A DNA stretch of 64,000 bases from Phaeosaccion multiseriatum (Eukaryota > Protista > Ochrophyta, other classes): positions 6,386,001 to 6,450,000 of the forward strand of contig OZ218950.1 in the NCBI GenBank assembly GCA_965112735.1. Direction: 5' to 3'. The notes under the pieces are model-generated. The model did not search any database. It saw nothing but the letters and a program-made list of their open reading frames with translations, and was not told where the DNA came from. Positions 24,120-36,156 of the stretch are shown here, one piece after another (the stretch's first letter is position 1; every line of letters begins with the position of its first letter). Both the position numbers and the translations under genes were made by a program.

Positions 24120-26277
24120 TCATCTATCTAGACCGCACAGGCTGAACTCTGTAGTGGCGCCTCCGTGCAAGCTCTTGTTCTTCTGCTCCCTCCTCCTCTC
24201 CATAAATTCATTGATCCCCTCCATCTCGAGCAGTTCCGGCTTCCTCAGAGGGTTTCCCGCAAGCTCCAGAGCAACCACACCGGATGACCTAAGGCGAGGA
24301 GAGGAGAGGGGAGGGGAGGGGAGGGGAGGAGAGGGGAGGAGAGGAGAGTAGAGGAGAGGAGAAAGGAGGGGAGGGGAGGGGAGGGGAGGGGAGGGGAGGG
24401 GAGGGGAGGGAAGGGAAGGGAAGGGGAGGGGAGGGGAGGGGAGGGGAGGGGAGGGGAGGGGAGGGGAGGGGAGGGGAGGGAAGGGAAGGGAAGGGGAGGG
24501 GAGGGGAGGGGAGGGGAGGGGAGGGGAGGGGAGGGCAGGGGAGGGGAAGGGAAGGGAGGAGAAGGGGACAGGGAGGGTAAGGAAAAAAACTAATGGGTTG
24601 GAGAAGAAATATTTAGAAGGAGAAGGGGACACACTGCGACTGCTGCTGTTGCTTCGCTCAAAGCCCCTCCTCTTCTCATCACCCCTCCTCTCGTCACTTC
24701 TCACCCCCTCTCCTCTCCTCTCGTCTCCTCTCCTACCCACTCCTCTCCTCTCCTCCCCCCCCCCCCATGTATCTGTCCCGCTCTACTCACGTGAAGAGCT
24801 CGGGGCAAATGCTCGGGCTCCCGAAGGCAGTGGCCGCGATTTTATTCCCTTGGAGGGAGAGCCGTTTCAGGCCTCCGAGGGCGGTTATGGAGGCCTCAAT
24901 CTATTCACGAATATTGGGATGGACAAGATAAAAAAGAAAAGCAGGGAGACACAGAGCGGGAAGGAGGAGACAAGTAAGGAGCGACGTTGGTGGCTGAGTG
25001 AGTCAGTGAGTGAGTGAGTGAGTGAGTGAGTGAGTGAGTGAGCAAGCGTTCCGGTATCGATTGATCGACACAGCACCACAGCATACAGCCGCCCTCCTTC
25101 CCAGCAAGCGGTGTATCTAGCGTTGGGACACTCTCTCCCTCTCTCTCTTACATTGGTGATGACGTTGTGGTCCACAATCAGCTCTTCCAAGGCTGGCGTG
25201 TTGGGCATCCGGGGCAGGGCGGCGATGCCATTTGAGGACAGGTCGAGTGTCTTCAGCGCAGGCAGCAGCAGCGCGCCTTCCAGCAGCACCCCCGGCACCT
25301 CTGCGAGTTGGTTGTATGAGAGGTTCACACTCGTCAGGGAGCTGCTCAGCCCGCGCACTGACGCCGGGCCTGGTGATGCAACAACATATGCAGAAGCCGC
25401 AGCAGCAGCAAGGGCAGAGGGGGAAAAGGTGGAGGGTGGGTTAAAATCTCTGCAAAGGCTTCGAACTTCGATCACACAGTAAGGCGGGGGCGCTGGGAGG
25501 CCCTGCAGCATCCCGAGAGAGCATACGCAAATTAGACCAGCCGCAGAAGGGAGACGAAGAGGGTGAGATGATGCTTCGACACAACAAACTCCCACCCCGC
25601 AGGTACCGACGGAACTCATTCTATCGCATGCGTGCCCTCTATAAGAGCGAGAGGCACATCGTAAAGAAATATTTCGTACCCGCTAATCTGTTGTGCGACA
25701 CAGACAAGGTCTTGAGCGCTGTGAGGGCGGACACGTCCAGCACCTCAGTGAGCTTGTTGTTGTCGAGCTTGAGGCTCTTGAGCTTGTCCAGAGCTCCGAG
25801 CTCGGAGGGGACCTCCTTTAGAGCGTTGGAAGATAGATCAAGCGTCTGGTGTGTCGTGTGGAGGGGGGAGGGGGGAGAGCGGGAAAGGGACAGGGAGATG
25901 GAGGGTGGACAATAAGTAGGAGCTAAGTATCAAGTTGCTCTTTCCCCTTCCCTTCATACTTGTGCCTCTCTCGTTGGACCATCTTCTCGTCTCTCCTGGC
26001 CACCTCCACGACCATAACTCACCCGAAGGTTGGAGAGTTGCAGCAAAGGCTCAGGAACTTCCTTTAGGCCATGTTCCTGCAAGTTGAGGACCCCCGTCTT
26101 GGCTGCGGTTGCAAGCTTCTCATTCGTGACCTTCCTCCCTGTCTTGATGCGCTCTTTTCCCCCAGTGTTAGGCAAGGAGGACTTGATGTCTGCGAACAGA
26201 GTGTCCACGCTTGCCTTCACTTTCGGGGGCTGGTTCTTCTCCTTCTTTTTCGAGCTGCTGCTGCTGCTATTGCCCAT
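24120..26277 (-). CDS. LRRC57: Leucine-rich repeat protein 57-like, N-myristoylation motif, multi-exon
   Basis: MGNSSS.., KLATAAKTGVLNLQEHGLKEVP, LRR exons (LTSVNLSYNQL, LKTLDLSSNGI), C-terminal LELAGNP..EGINEFMERR. Confidence 0.85.
24295..24580. repeat. (GAGGG)n/(GAAGG)n polypurine tract, LRRC57 intron
   Basis: About 280 bp of near-pure purine pentamers. Confidence 0.95.
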
Positions 26278-26732
26278 CCTTCCTCCTCGTCTCTCCCTTC
26301 TTGCTCTCTCGTGTTCTACCCCTCTCTGTCTCTCTCTCGCTCGCTCGCTCTCGCTCTCGCTCTCCCCGACTCCCTCGCCCCCCGTATCCCCCCGGCCTCA
26401 CCCCGCCACGAGCTGCCATCCTCAACCTCTTGATCCTGCCCTTGACTCAATTCCTATAAATGCGACAGCCACCACGGTCAAACCGCCTTCCCCTGTTCTC
26501 GATCTTCGGGTGCTTCCGCTTGGCGTGGGGATGGGGTCTCGTCTTCTTGTGGTGCACGAGCAGCGACGGTAGAGCACGGGGCGCCCTGCTGTGTGCTCTC
26601 TCTCCACTGGAAGGGGAAGGGAGGCACAGCAGCGGGGAGGAAGCAACAGCAGCGGGGAGGAAGGGAGTGGAGAAGAAGCAGCAGGAGCAGAAGAAGCAAC
26701 AGCCAAGTCTCCCGGCGGCGATTGCACCTCGC

Positions 26733-29121
26733 ATGCACGCGAGGCGAGTCGTGGCTGCAGTAAGCAAGGGCGTGTTTCTTCGCCCACGGCCACCAGGGGG
26801 GGCTGTCCTCGCCGCTGCCACTGCTGCTGCTGCTACCACCACCCCACCTTCTCGATTAGAACGGTCTGCTACAGCTCTTGCGGGCGGGGGGGGGCGTTCT
26901 ACGCGACGTGTGTTGGGGGCGTACGTGCTTCATCCGACGCTGAGAGGGCTCACCACGGGAACAGCAGCAGCGCCGCCTTCCTCGGTGCCTTCGGCTGCCT
27001 CTGCTGCCGCTATTTGCTCGAAGCGGATCTCACCTGCTGTTGCTGCGGTGTGCCGTGGGCATTTCGCTTCTACTGCTGCCCTTGCTGAGGGAAACACCTA
27101 CAACCTTGAGGAGCTGCAGCAGCAGCAGGATCAGCTTGCTTGGCTCCTCGAGCTGCAGGCTGCGGAAGGTTCGTTCCATCCTGGCACCGCTGGTGCTGCT
27201 GAAGGTGCTGGTGCTTCGACAGCCAGTGCCGCCGTGCCCAGTCAACGGGGCTGGAGCATCGAAGGAACGCGAGTGTCAGCCATAGAGGGACGAGCCAGTG
27301 GGGAAGAGCAAGGAGGAGGGGGTGGAGGGATAATGAGCAGCCAGCGTGTGCTATGGGTGGAGTCTGTGGCCTCAACCATGGATGCTGTCAAGACACGAAT
27401 AAAGGCCGGCCAGCTGGATGAGCAGCAGGCACAGCTCGCGGGAGGAGGAGGAGGAGGAGGAAGAGGAGGAGGAGGAGGAGGAGGAGGAAGGCGACAAGTG
27501 TTTGCCTTGGCCGCACGGGAGCAGGTGGCAGGTAGGGGAACTCGCGGGAGAAGCTGGGAAGGAACACGAGGCAATGTGTTCCTCACAGTGGCCATCCCGA
27601 TCGACGTCATCCCCGTGCCCCTCAGCATCACGCCCCTACGCGTGGGCACCCTCATTGCTGCCGTGGTGCAAGCCAGGCTAGACTCTACCGAGACTCAGCC
27701 GTGCGCTACCGCTTCCGCCACGGTTGCGGCAGAAGCTGGAGACGAGCTTGCTGCCATTGCTGCTGCTGCCACTGCTGGTGGTGGCGGTGGTGAGAGGGCC
27801 ATGGAGGAGGAGGAGGAGGACACTATCCTACCTTGCCCGGCCGGCGCCGCTGCGAAGCTAAAGTGGCCCAATGATGTGCTGATTGGGGACGAGAAGGTGA
27901 GCGGGGTGCTTCTCGAGGCGGAGCTGCCCTACATGCTAGTCGGTATTGGCATCAACGTGCGGCACAAACCTGCCGTGCCTCAGGAGGGCCCACAGAGGGG
28001 TCGGCCCGCCACCAGGTGAGGGCGGGGGATGGCACTGGATGGGGGGCTCTTATGTGTGCTGGAGATTTGGCAAGATATGCATTCGGCCCAACGGGTACCG
28101 AGCGAGTGGGTGGGACCACAGCCGCCAAGTACAAAGTTTTCTTTCTCTGCTATTGATTGACTCCTCCGGGGGGTTTGTTGATCTCTGATTGGAGTGAGGG
28201 CTGACGGAAGCAGCAGGGACCGCAGCGAGCGGGCTTGTCCTCCTCACCTCCGCCCTCTTTTCTCTTTGTGCCCTCGGCCTTTTGTGTTGGTTGTCCCCAC
28301 AATCGTCGTGCTTGCGTCCCTCAGCTTGGCCGATCACGGCGCGGACGTTACGGACGAAGCCGTGGAGAGTATTGTGGAGGACTTAGTGGAGAGTATTAAG
28401 CATTGGGTGCAGGAAGGGACGGACAACGGTCCCGCCGCCCTGGCGGAGTGGCAGCGATGGGTGGACTGGAATGCGCCTCTCCGCATCAGGTAAAGAAGCG
28501 CACACATTCGGAGTGTGTTGGGGTGGGGTGGGTTGGAGTGGGTTGAGCGGGTGGGCCTACGACTGTGCTGCGAATTTAAATTTCACAGCACCGCCGCTAG
28601 TGACAGAGGAATTCTGTGCTGCGCTTGGGCGGAATCTCAAATGATCGGTTTATGCACCTCACCCTTCATTCATTCATTCGTTCGTTCGTTCATTCATTCA
28701 TTCGAGCCCTGATCCGTTTCTTCTACGTTCCCCCGGCTGTGCTTGCTGAGCTCTCCCATCGGCCGTCAAACACACACCACTCTCCCCCCCCCGGCCATCT
28801 CACTGACAACTCTCCTCCTCTCAATTCTACGCTTGGCCCACTCACTCACTCACTCACTCACTCACTCACTCACTCACTCACTCACTCACTCACTCACTCA
28901 CTCACTCACTCACTCCCTCTTTCACTCATTCACTCACTTATTCACTCACTCTCTCTCTCTCCCCCTCACTCTCTCTCTCTCTCCCTCACTCACCCGCTCA
29001 CTCGCACAGGGAGGATGACGTGGAAGTGACGCCCCTGGGGGTGCAGGCAGACGGACAGCTCAGGGTGAGGGATTCCGTCACGGGAGAGGAGAGACTCCTC
29101 ATCACTGAGTACCTATTCTGA
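26733..29121 (+). CDS. birA: Biotin--protein ligase (BPL/BirA catalytic domain) with a long N-terminal presequence; 3 exons
   Basis: SVASTMD, AREQVAGRGTRGRSW, GNVFLT, LKWPNDVLIGDEKVSGVLLE, VGIGINV, last exon GVQADGQLRV..EYLF*. Start chosen at MHARRVVAAVSKG (transit-peptide-like). Confidence 0.9.
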
Positions 29122-29469
29122 ATGTGTCCGAAGTGTGTGTTCTGAGTGTTCTTTGCCCTGCAGAGGAGCAGCTGCAAGCACCACTGGCGTCCCTTACCAT
29201 CAGGAGGAGAAGCAAAGTAGCTGCACCACCGCCAGCCGCAGCAGCAGCAGCTGAATCAGGAGCGGACCATCCGCGGTACTCGCACAGGGCGGGGTAGAGC
29301 GAATTTTCGCGAATTCTCACACCCGTGAACGCAAAGTCCGCCCCCTTCTCTTGGACTTCAGCTCTTCTTTCCTTTCGACTTTGAAGGGGGGGGGGCATCG
29401 TCGTTGAAAGGCCTCGGAGGTGTGGGAGGAGGCAGCGGCGATGGCAGCAGATGGAGGAGGAGGACCACG

Positions 29470-30590
29470 ATGGGGAGGAGGAGGGGAAGGAGAGAACCAA
29501 TGTGGGTGGAGGGCAGAGCGACCATCCCCTTCAGCGGAGGGGATCTCAGCAGAAGTAGAATGAAGCCCAGCGCCAGCAGCACCGGCGACCCTCCCGACGC
29601 GCAGCCCCAGCCTCATGTTCAGCGGCGGCACTGCTTGGGCCAAGGGCAAGAGTCGCGACCTCGATGCCCGATCCCCGAGACTCCCCCCTCCCGCCCCTCC
29701 TCCCTGTCCCGCTACGGTGCGTCTGCAGCGGCTTGGTACGTGCCCCCCGGGGGAGAGGGAGCATCTCCTCTGCCTGGTCCGGATGGAGACAAAGGTGAGC
29801 GATCATTTCATGCGGACATTGAGTCAACCCTCCTCCCATTCTCCTTGCGCTGTATGGGAAGGGGATGTGTGTTGCTCTCTCACTTCTCTCGAACTGACTT
29901 GCCGCCACGTACTCTCTGACCCCTCCTCTTTGTTCTGTCGCTCTCCTCTCGCTCCCTCTCTCTGCTCTCTCTCCATCTCTTTTCCCCTCTCTCTGTGTGC
30001 CTCTCTTTCTCCAACCCTCTGTTGCATTGCTCGAAATCTGCCTTTCTCCCCCTCCCCTGTCGCCCTCTCCTTCTCTCCCTCTCTCCTTCTCACTCGTCTC
30101 CCTTCCTCCCTCTTCTCTGCTGCTGCATCGCTTCATGTCTGATCTCTACTCACAGCTCGGGCCTACATGTCTCTGAACGACCTCTCTTCCGCCAGCGCTC
30201 ACCTCGCCAGGGCACTAGAGGTGGATCCTCACCGTCCAGGAGGTGCGTTGGTGGGGAGGGAGGATGGCAGTGGATGGGGGGGGGGGGGGAGGACGAAGTG
30301 GGCAAGCGGAGGAAGGACCATTCACATTCACTCACAGCCTTAATTGCGTTTGTTGGTCTTTTGTGTGACCCCTTTCGCCCCTCCCCTCCCCTCCCCTCCC
30401 TCCAGCCTGCATGGACCTTGGTCAGTTGCGCATGCAGGAGGGCAAGGTGGAGGAGGCGCTTTGTCTGTACGAGAAGGGCGTGCTCCACTCGCGCTACTTG
30501 CACGAGCTGCACGATGCCATGACGTGTCTGCTTGTGGCCAAGGAGCACCTCGCTGCCAAGGAGGAGCTGGGGATAGGGGACGAGGAGTGA
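29470..30590 (+). CDS. Tom70-like TPR module, copy 3 (exons 29470-29794, 30156-30242, 30406-30590)
   Basis: Three exons in phase from ATG 29470; the first exon is low-complexity and non-TPR. Confidence 0.5.
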
Positions 30591-31042
30591 AGCAGGGGGG
30601 GAGGGGAGGGGAGAGGGCGGAGGGGAAAGGAGTAGCGCAGAGTAAGGTCTGGTGTACTCTTGGCAGCAGGACTGAGAGGAGCGTCCAGGAGGGGAGCGGC
30701 GCGTCAGTCGCAGGGGGCAGGGAAGCTCAGCAACAGCGGAGCCGTGCAAGTACTCAGAGTAGGGAGAGGCAGAGGCAGCAATTACCCTATCAATGAATCA
30801 AAGGCCCTCTTCAGCCCCCGAATCCGCTTGGCTTCCATCCATCTGTGACTGGATTGGCTGGATTCTACCCGAGGACCTTGCCCGCAGCTTGGCAGACGGA
30901 GCAGCAGCCAGTAGGGCAGCGAGAGACGCAAGAGAGAAGAGGAAGTAGTAGCAGTGGTGGCAGAGGACGGAGCAGGGCGGTCCCAAGGAGGGCCCCAGGA
31001 CAGAAAGAAGAGATTCGCCGGGGGAAGGTCGAGGGGGGAGAA

Positions 31043-33223
31043 ATGAGGGGGGAGAGGGGCGATGCTACGCCTGGGGCAGGGACAGCGGCTCTGAGGACTG
31101 TGGCCAGCCTCATCTCCGACAAAGCTCTGTGGGGGGTGTGCAAGGAGGTCGATGAGGTCACCACCCGCACTCTGAGGATCAACGCCGAAATGCCCGAGCG
31201 TGTCCAGCAGCGCATGCTGAGTCTGCTGAAGCGGCAGCAGCAAGAGGAGGGGAGAAGCGCTGCTTTGGCTTCGTCTTCCGCGACTATGCGTACTGCCTCT
31301 GCTGCTCCATCTACTGGCTGTGAGGAAAGATGTCCTGCGGAGGGAGCGCGAAGATCGGGGAGGATTCGGGCGAGGCAGGAAGCGCAGCAGCAGCAGGAGC
31401 GACGTGGAAAGAGGCAGCGCGACGAGGCTGGACCTCCTGGTGAGGGGGGCTTCTTTCGCGTGGTGTCTGTGGAGCTTGGCCTCAGCACGTACCTACATTC
31501 TGAGTACGATGCCAAGGTTTGTGCTGATGAGGCTCTCGTAGGGAAGGCACTCGCGCTGCTGCCACCATCGGTCAGGCTTGTGCGCTTCTCTGAGTATTTC
31601 AATCAGGCCGACGTATGTCTTCCTGGCACAGTTGTGGAAGTGGAATTCGGGTGGCACTTTAACAAACACATCGATCTCCCTGCCTCTCTGAAGAAGATCA
31701 AGTTTAAATGGTACTCGGAGTTCAATCAGCAGTTGGTCCTTCCTTGTGGTGTGGAGGAGGTGCAGATGGGGCGTCACTTTAACCTCCCTCTGGACCTGCC
31801 TGCCTCTCTGAAGAGGATCAAATTTCATGAGGAATCGGAGTTCAATCAGCAGTTGGTCCTTCCTTGTGGTGTGGAGGAGGTGGAGATGGGGCGTGACTTT
31901 AACGTCCCTCTGGAGCTGCCTGCCTCTCTGAAGAAGATCAAGTTTAGTTGGAAATTCAATCAGCAGGTGGTCCTTCCTTGTGGTGTGGAGGAGATGGAGA
32001 TGGGGCATGACTTTAACCTCCCTCTGGAGCTGCCTGCCTCGCTGAAGAAGATCAAATTCGGCTATCACTTCAATCAGCACGTGCTCCTTCCTTGTGGTGT
32101 GGAGGAGGTGGAGATGGGGTATGACTTTAACCTCCCTCTGGAGCTGCCTGCCTCTCTGAAGAAGATCAAGTTTGTAGGGCGCTCTTACTTCAATCAGCAG
32201 TTGGTCCTTCCTTGTGGTGTGGAGGAGGTGGAGATGGGGAGTGACTTTAACGTCCCTCTGGAGCTGCCGGCCTCTCTGAAGAAGATCAAGTTCTGCGGAG
32301 GATTTAATCAGCACGTGGTCCTTCCTTGTGGTGTGGAGGAGGTGGAGATGGGGCATGCCTTTAACCTCCCTCTGGAGCTGCCTGCCTCTCTGAAGAAGAT
32401 CAAATTCGGCTTTCACTTCAATCAGCATGTGGTCCTTCCTTGTGGTGTGGAGGAGGTGCAGATGGGGTTTGACTTTAACCTCCCTCTGGAGCTGCCTGCC
32501 TCTCTGAAGAACATCAAGTTCGGCGATCACTTCAATCAGCAGTTGGTCCTTCCTTGCGGTGTGGAGGAGGTGCAGATGGGGAATGCCTTTAACCTCCCTC
32601 TGGACCTGCCTGCCTCTCTGAAGAAGATCAAATTTTATGAGGGATCGGATTTCAATCAACAGTTAGTCCTTCCTTGTGGTGTGGAGGAGGTGGAGATGGG
32701 GGGTGACTTTAACCTGCCTCTGGAGCTGCCTGCCTCTCTGAAGAGGATCAAATTCGGCTATCGCTTCAATCTGCACGTGGTCCTTCCTTGTGGTGTGGAG
32801 GAGGTAGAGATGGGGCTTGACTTTAACCTCCCTCTGGAGCTGCCTGCCTCGTTGAAGAAGATCAGCTTTGGTAGCAAGTTCAATCAGCAGTTGGTCCTTC
32901 CTTGTGGTGTGGAGGAGGTGGAGATGGGGTATCACTTTAACCTCCCTCTGGAGCTGCCTGCCTCTCTGAAGAAGATCAAGTTTTATGAGTACTCGGATTT
33001 CAACCAGCAGCTGGTCCTTCCTTGTGGTGTGGAAGAGGTGGAGATGGGGTTTTACTTTAATCACCCTCTTGAGCTGCCTGCTTCTCTGCGGACTCTGAAA
33101 CTGGGACGGAAATACACCTGCCCTTTGGAGAGCCTGCCTGCCGGACTGAGGAAGCTTTGGGCTGGGACCAACTACCCGCTGCCTGCAGATCTACCCGAGG
33201 GGCTGGAGGTGTTTCGCTGGTAA
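31043..33223 (+). CDS. FNIP-repeat protein 4, 726 aa, 12 double repeats
   Basis: Same architecture; conserved ATG at 31043. Confidence 0.92.
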   Translation: MRGERGDATPGAGTAALRTVASLISDKALWGVCKEVDEVTTRTLRINAEMPERVQQRMLSLLKRQQQEEGRSAALASSSATMRTASAAPSTGCEERCPAEGARRSGRIRARQEAQQQQERRGKRQRDEAGPPGEGGFFRVVSVELGLSTYLHSEYDAKVCADEALVGKALALLPPSVRLVRFSEYFNQADVCLPGTVVEVEFGWHFNKHIDLPASLKKIKFKWYSEFNQQLVLPCGVEEVQMGRHFNLPLDLPASLKRIKFHEESEFNQQLVLPCGVEEVEMGRDFNVPLELPASLKKIKFSWKFNQQVVLPCGVEEMEMGHDFNLPLELPASLKKIKFGYHFNQHVLLPCGVEEVEMGYDFNLPLELPASLKKIKFVGRSYFNQQLVLPCGVEEVEMGSDFNVPLELPASLKKIKFCGGFNQHVVLPCGVEEVEMGHAFNLPLELPASLKKIKFGFHFNQHVVLPCGVEEVQMGFDFNLPLELPASLKNIKFGDHFNQQLVLPCGVEEVQMGNAFNLPLDLPASLKKIKFYEGSDFNQQLVLPCGVEEVEMGGDFNLPLELPASLKRIKFGYRFNLHVVLPCGVEEVEMGLDFNLPLELPASLKKISFGSKFNQQLVLPCGVEEVEMGYHFNLPLELPASLKKIKFYEYSDFNQQLVLPCGVEEVEMGFYFNHPLELPASLRTLKLGRKYTCPLESLPAGLRKLWAGTNYPLPADLPEGLEVFRW

Positions 33224-33600
33224 GGGATGACGTGCCTCAACTGAGTTGGAGGGGCCCTCGATGCCGAGTGTGAAGGGTCAGGGGAGAGAAGAAGACACTG
33301 CGTGGATTTGCATTCACAGCACAGCAGCAGCAGGGAGGAAGGAGCTGTACCGTAACAGGAAAGCACCAAGGTGGGTCAGGATCAGGGCCAGAGGATCAGG
33401 GGGTCATGGCATGGTTGAGAGTTAGGGCCGCCTTCATTCTCTCTCGACCTTGGTCAGACCCCCCGGGGAGGTAGGGAGAGAGAAAGAGCGCCCTCTACTT
33501 GCAACCCCTCGGCGGTGTCGGAGGGGGCAGCGGCGATGGCCGCAGAGGGAGGAGCCGGAGGAGGAGGAGGAGGAGGAGGGGCAGGGGAGGAGCATGATGA

Positions 33601-34882
33601 ATGGACGGCAGAGCTCCGACCCCCTTCAACGGAGGGGCTCTCAGCAGCAGCAAAAGGAACCCCAGCGCCAGCAGCACCGGCGACCCTCCCGACGCACAGC
33701 CCCAGCCTCATGTTCAGCGGCGGCACTGCTTGGGCCAAGGGCAGGACTCGCGGCCTCGATGCCCGATCCCCGAGACTCCACCCTCCCGCTCCTCCTCCCT
33801 GTCCCGCTACGGTGCGTCTGCAGGGGCTTGGTACGCGCCCCCCGGGGGAGAGGGAGCATCTCCTCTGCCTGGTCCGGATGGAGACAAAGGTGAGCGATCA
33901 TTTCATTCGGAAATCGCGTCACCCCCCCCCCCCCCCTCTCCTTGCGCTGTATGGGAAGGGGATCTGTGTTGCTCTCTCACTTCTCTCGAACTGACCTGCA
34001 GGCACGTACTCTCTGACCCCTCCTCTTTGTTCTGTCGCTCTCTCTCTATCGCCCTCTTCATCTCTTTCGTGTGCCTCTCGTTCTCCAACCCTCTGTTGCA
34101 TTGCTCGGAACCTGCCTTTCCCCCCCTCCCCTGTCGCCCTCTCCTTCTCTCCCTCTCTCCTTCTCACTCCCCCTCTTTCCCTCCCTCTCTCTCTCCCTCC
34201 CTCCCTCCCTCTCTCTCTTCTGCTGCTGCATCGCTCCATGTCTGCTATCTACTCACAGCTCGGGCCTACATGTCTCTGAACGACCTCTCTTCCGCCAGCG
34301 CTCACCTCGCCAGGGCACTAGAGGTGGATCCTCACTGTCCAGGAGGTGCGTTGGTGGGGAGAGAGGATGGCAGTGGATGGGGGGGGGCGGGGGGGGGTAG
34401 GACTAGGTGGGGTTGCAGGGAAGACAAGCAGAGGAAGGGAAGTGCCTTCGTGGGGTGTCAAGCGGGCAGGAGGTGGAGGCGGGGGCGGCGGCGGCGGCGG
34501 CGGAGGAGGAGGAGGAGGAGGAGGAGGAGAAAGAGGTGATGGGTTGTCAAGGATGAAGAGCAGAGGAAGGACCACTCACAGCCTCACCCACTTCAGGCTC
34601 CTCTCCTGTTCCTAATTGCACGTTCGTCCGTCTGTTGTGCGCCCCCTTCGCCCCTCCCTCCCTACGTCCTTCGCTCCCCTCCCCCCCCTCCCTCCAGCCT
34701 ATATGGACCTTGGTCAGTTGCGCATGCAGGAGGGCAAGGTGGAGGAGGCGCTTTGTCTGTACGAGAAGGGCGTGCTCCACTCGCGCTACTTGCACAAGCT
34801 GCACGATGCCATGACGTGTCTGCTTGTGGCCAAGGAGCACCTCGCTGCCAAGGAGGAGCTGGGGATGGGGGACGAGGAGTGA
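33601..34882 (+). CDS. Tom70-like TPR module, copy 4 (exons 33601-33889, 34259-34345, 34698-34882)
   Basis: Three exons in phase from ATG 33601. Confidence 0.5.
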
Positions 34883-35155
34883 AGCAGGAGGGGAGGGGAG
34901 GAGAGAGGGCGGAGGGGAAAGGAGTAGCGTAGAGTAAGGTCTGGTGTACTCTTGGCAGCAGGACTGAGAGGAGCGTCAAGGTGGGGAGCGCCGCAGGGAA
35001 GCTCAGCAACAGCGGAGACGTGCAAGTACTCATAGTAGGGAGAGGCAGAGGCAGCAATTACCCTATCAATGAATCAAAGGCCCTCTTCAGCCGCGCTCTA
35101 CCCGTACCCGCTTAGCTTCCATCCATCTGTGACTGGATTGGCTGGATTCTACCCG

Positions 35156-35413
35156 TCGGCTCCAGGCGACAGAAGCCGTAGCCCCCTCCAGGCTTCGGGC
35201 TTCTGGCCGCAGGCCAGCGCAGGCTTCTGGCCGCAGGCCAGTGGTCAGGCTTCAGGCTTCTCAGGCTGGGAGAAAAATGGGGGACTTGGCAGGCTTCTCG
35301 CTACTTTCTGCAGGCTTCTGGCCGCAGGCCAGCCGCAGGCTTCTTATTTTCGGCCGCAGGCCGCCGCAGGCTTCTGCTTTATCGGGGGCCCGAGAAACCT
35401 CGCCTGGAGCCGA
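35156..35413. mobile_element. 258-bp MITE, second copy (TIR TCGGCTCCAGGCGA, TSD TACCCG)
   Basis: Appears identical to 15116-15373, at the same site. Confidence 0.92.
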
Positions 35414-35431
35414 TACCCGAGGACCTTGCCC

Positions 35432-35988
35432 ACATCCGACCACGAATATGGGGAGGGCCACAAATCACTTATGACTGATGTCACGCTCACAGATGCCACC
35501 AACATCACCAATCGGGCCAAGGCATCGAAGGAGGCACTCGCGGCAGCCAAGAAGGCTGAAGCAACCAAGCGGACCAGGTATGGGGTGCCACAGGTAGGCA
35601 TGGAAGGCCAGCGTGGGGATATCCACTATGACCCCACGAGGTACCACCTCGTCCCTTTCGCAATGGAACAGCAAGGCGCATTTGGTCCTTCTGCTCAGAC
35701 GTTTATGAAAACACTTGCCACCCCACATGGCTGGGGGGCACGAACATCTGGACATGAGGGCTTATGCGAGAGCTGTTTGCGTCATTCGGCGGCGATTAGC
35801 CGTAGCGCTCCAGCGGGCCCGACACGAACGATCGGTTCGACACAGGATCCTGGCTGGTATCAACTTTGTTCCAATGGGGAGAACTGATGAGTCAGAGGGA
35901 CACGACCTCGAGGGCTAAGTTCCCCGGGGCGGTGAGACATTACTTTTAGACAACCATAGATGGCACTTAAGGGTGTAATATATATCAT
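35432..35988 (+). mobile_element. 5'-truncated CRE-like LINE, second copy, flanked by ACCTTGCCC direct repeats
   Basis: Same RLE peptide and frameshift; ACCTTGCCC at 35423-35431 and 35989-35997 (TSD-like). Confidence 0.82.
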
Positions 35989-36156
35989 ACCTTGCCCGCC
36001 GCTTGGCAGACGGAGCAGCAGCCAGCAGGGCAGCGAGAGATCCAAGAGAGAAGAGGAAGTAGTAGCAGTGGTGGCAGAGGACGGAGCAGGGCGGTCCCAA
36101 GGAGGGCCCCAGGACAGAAAGAAGAGATTCGCCGGGGGAAGGTCGAGGGGGGAGAA

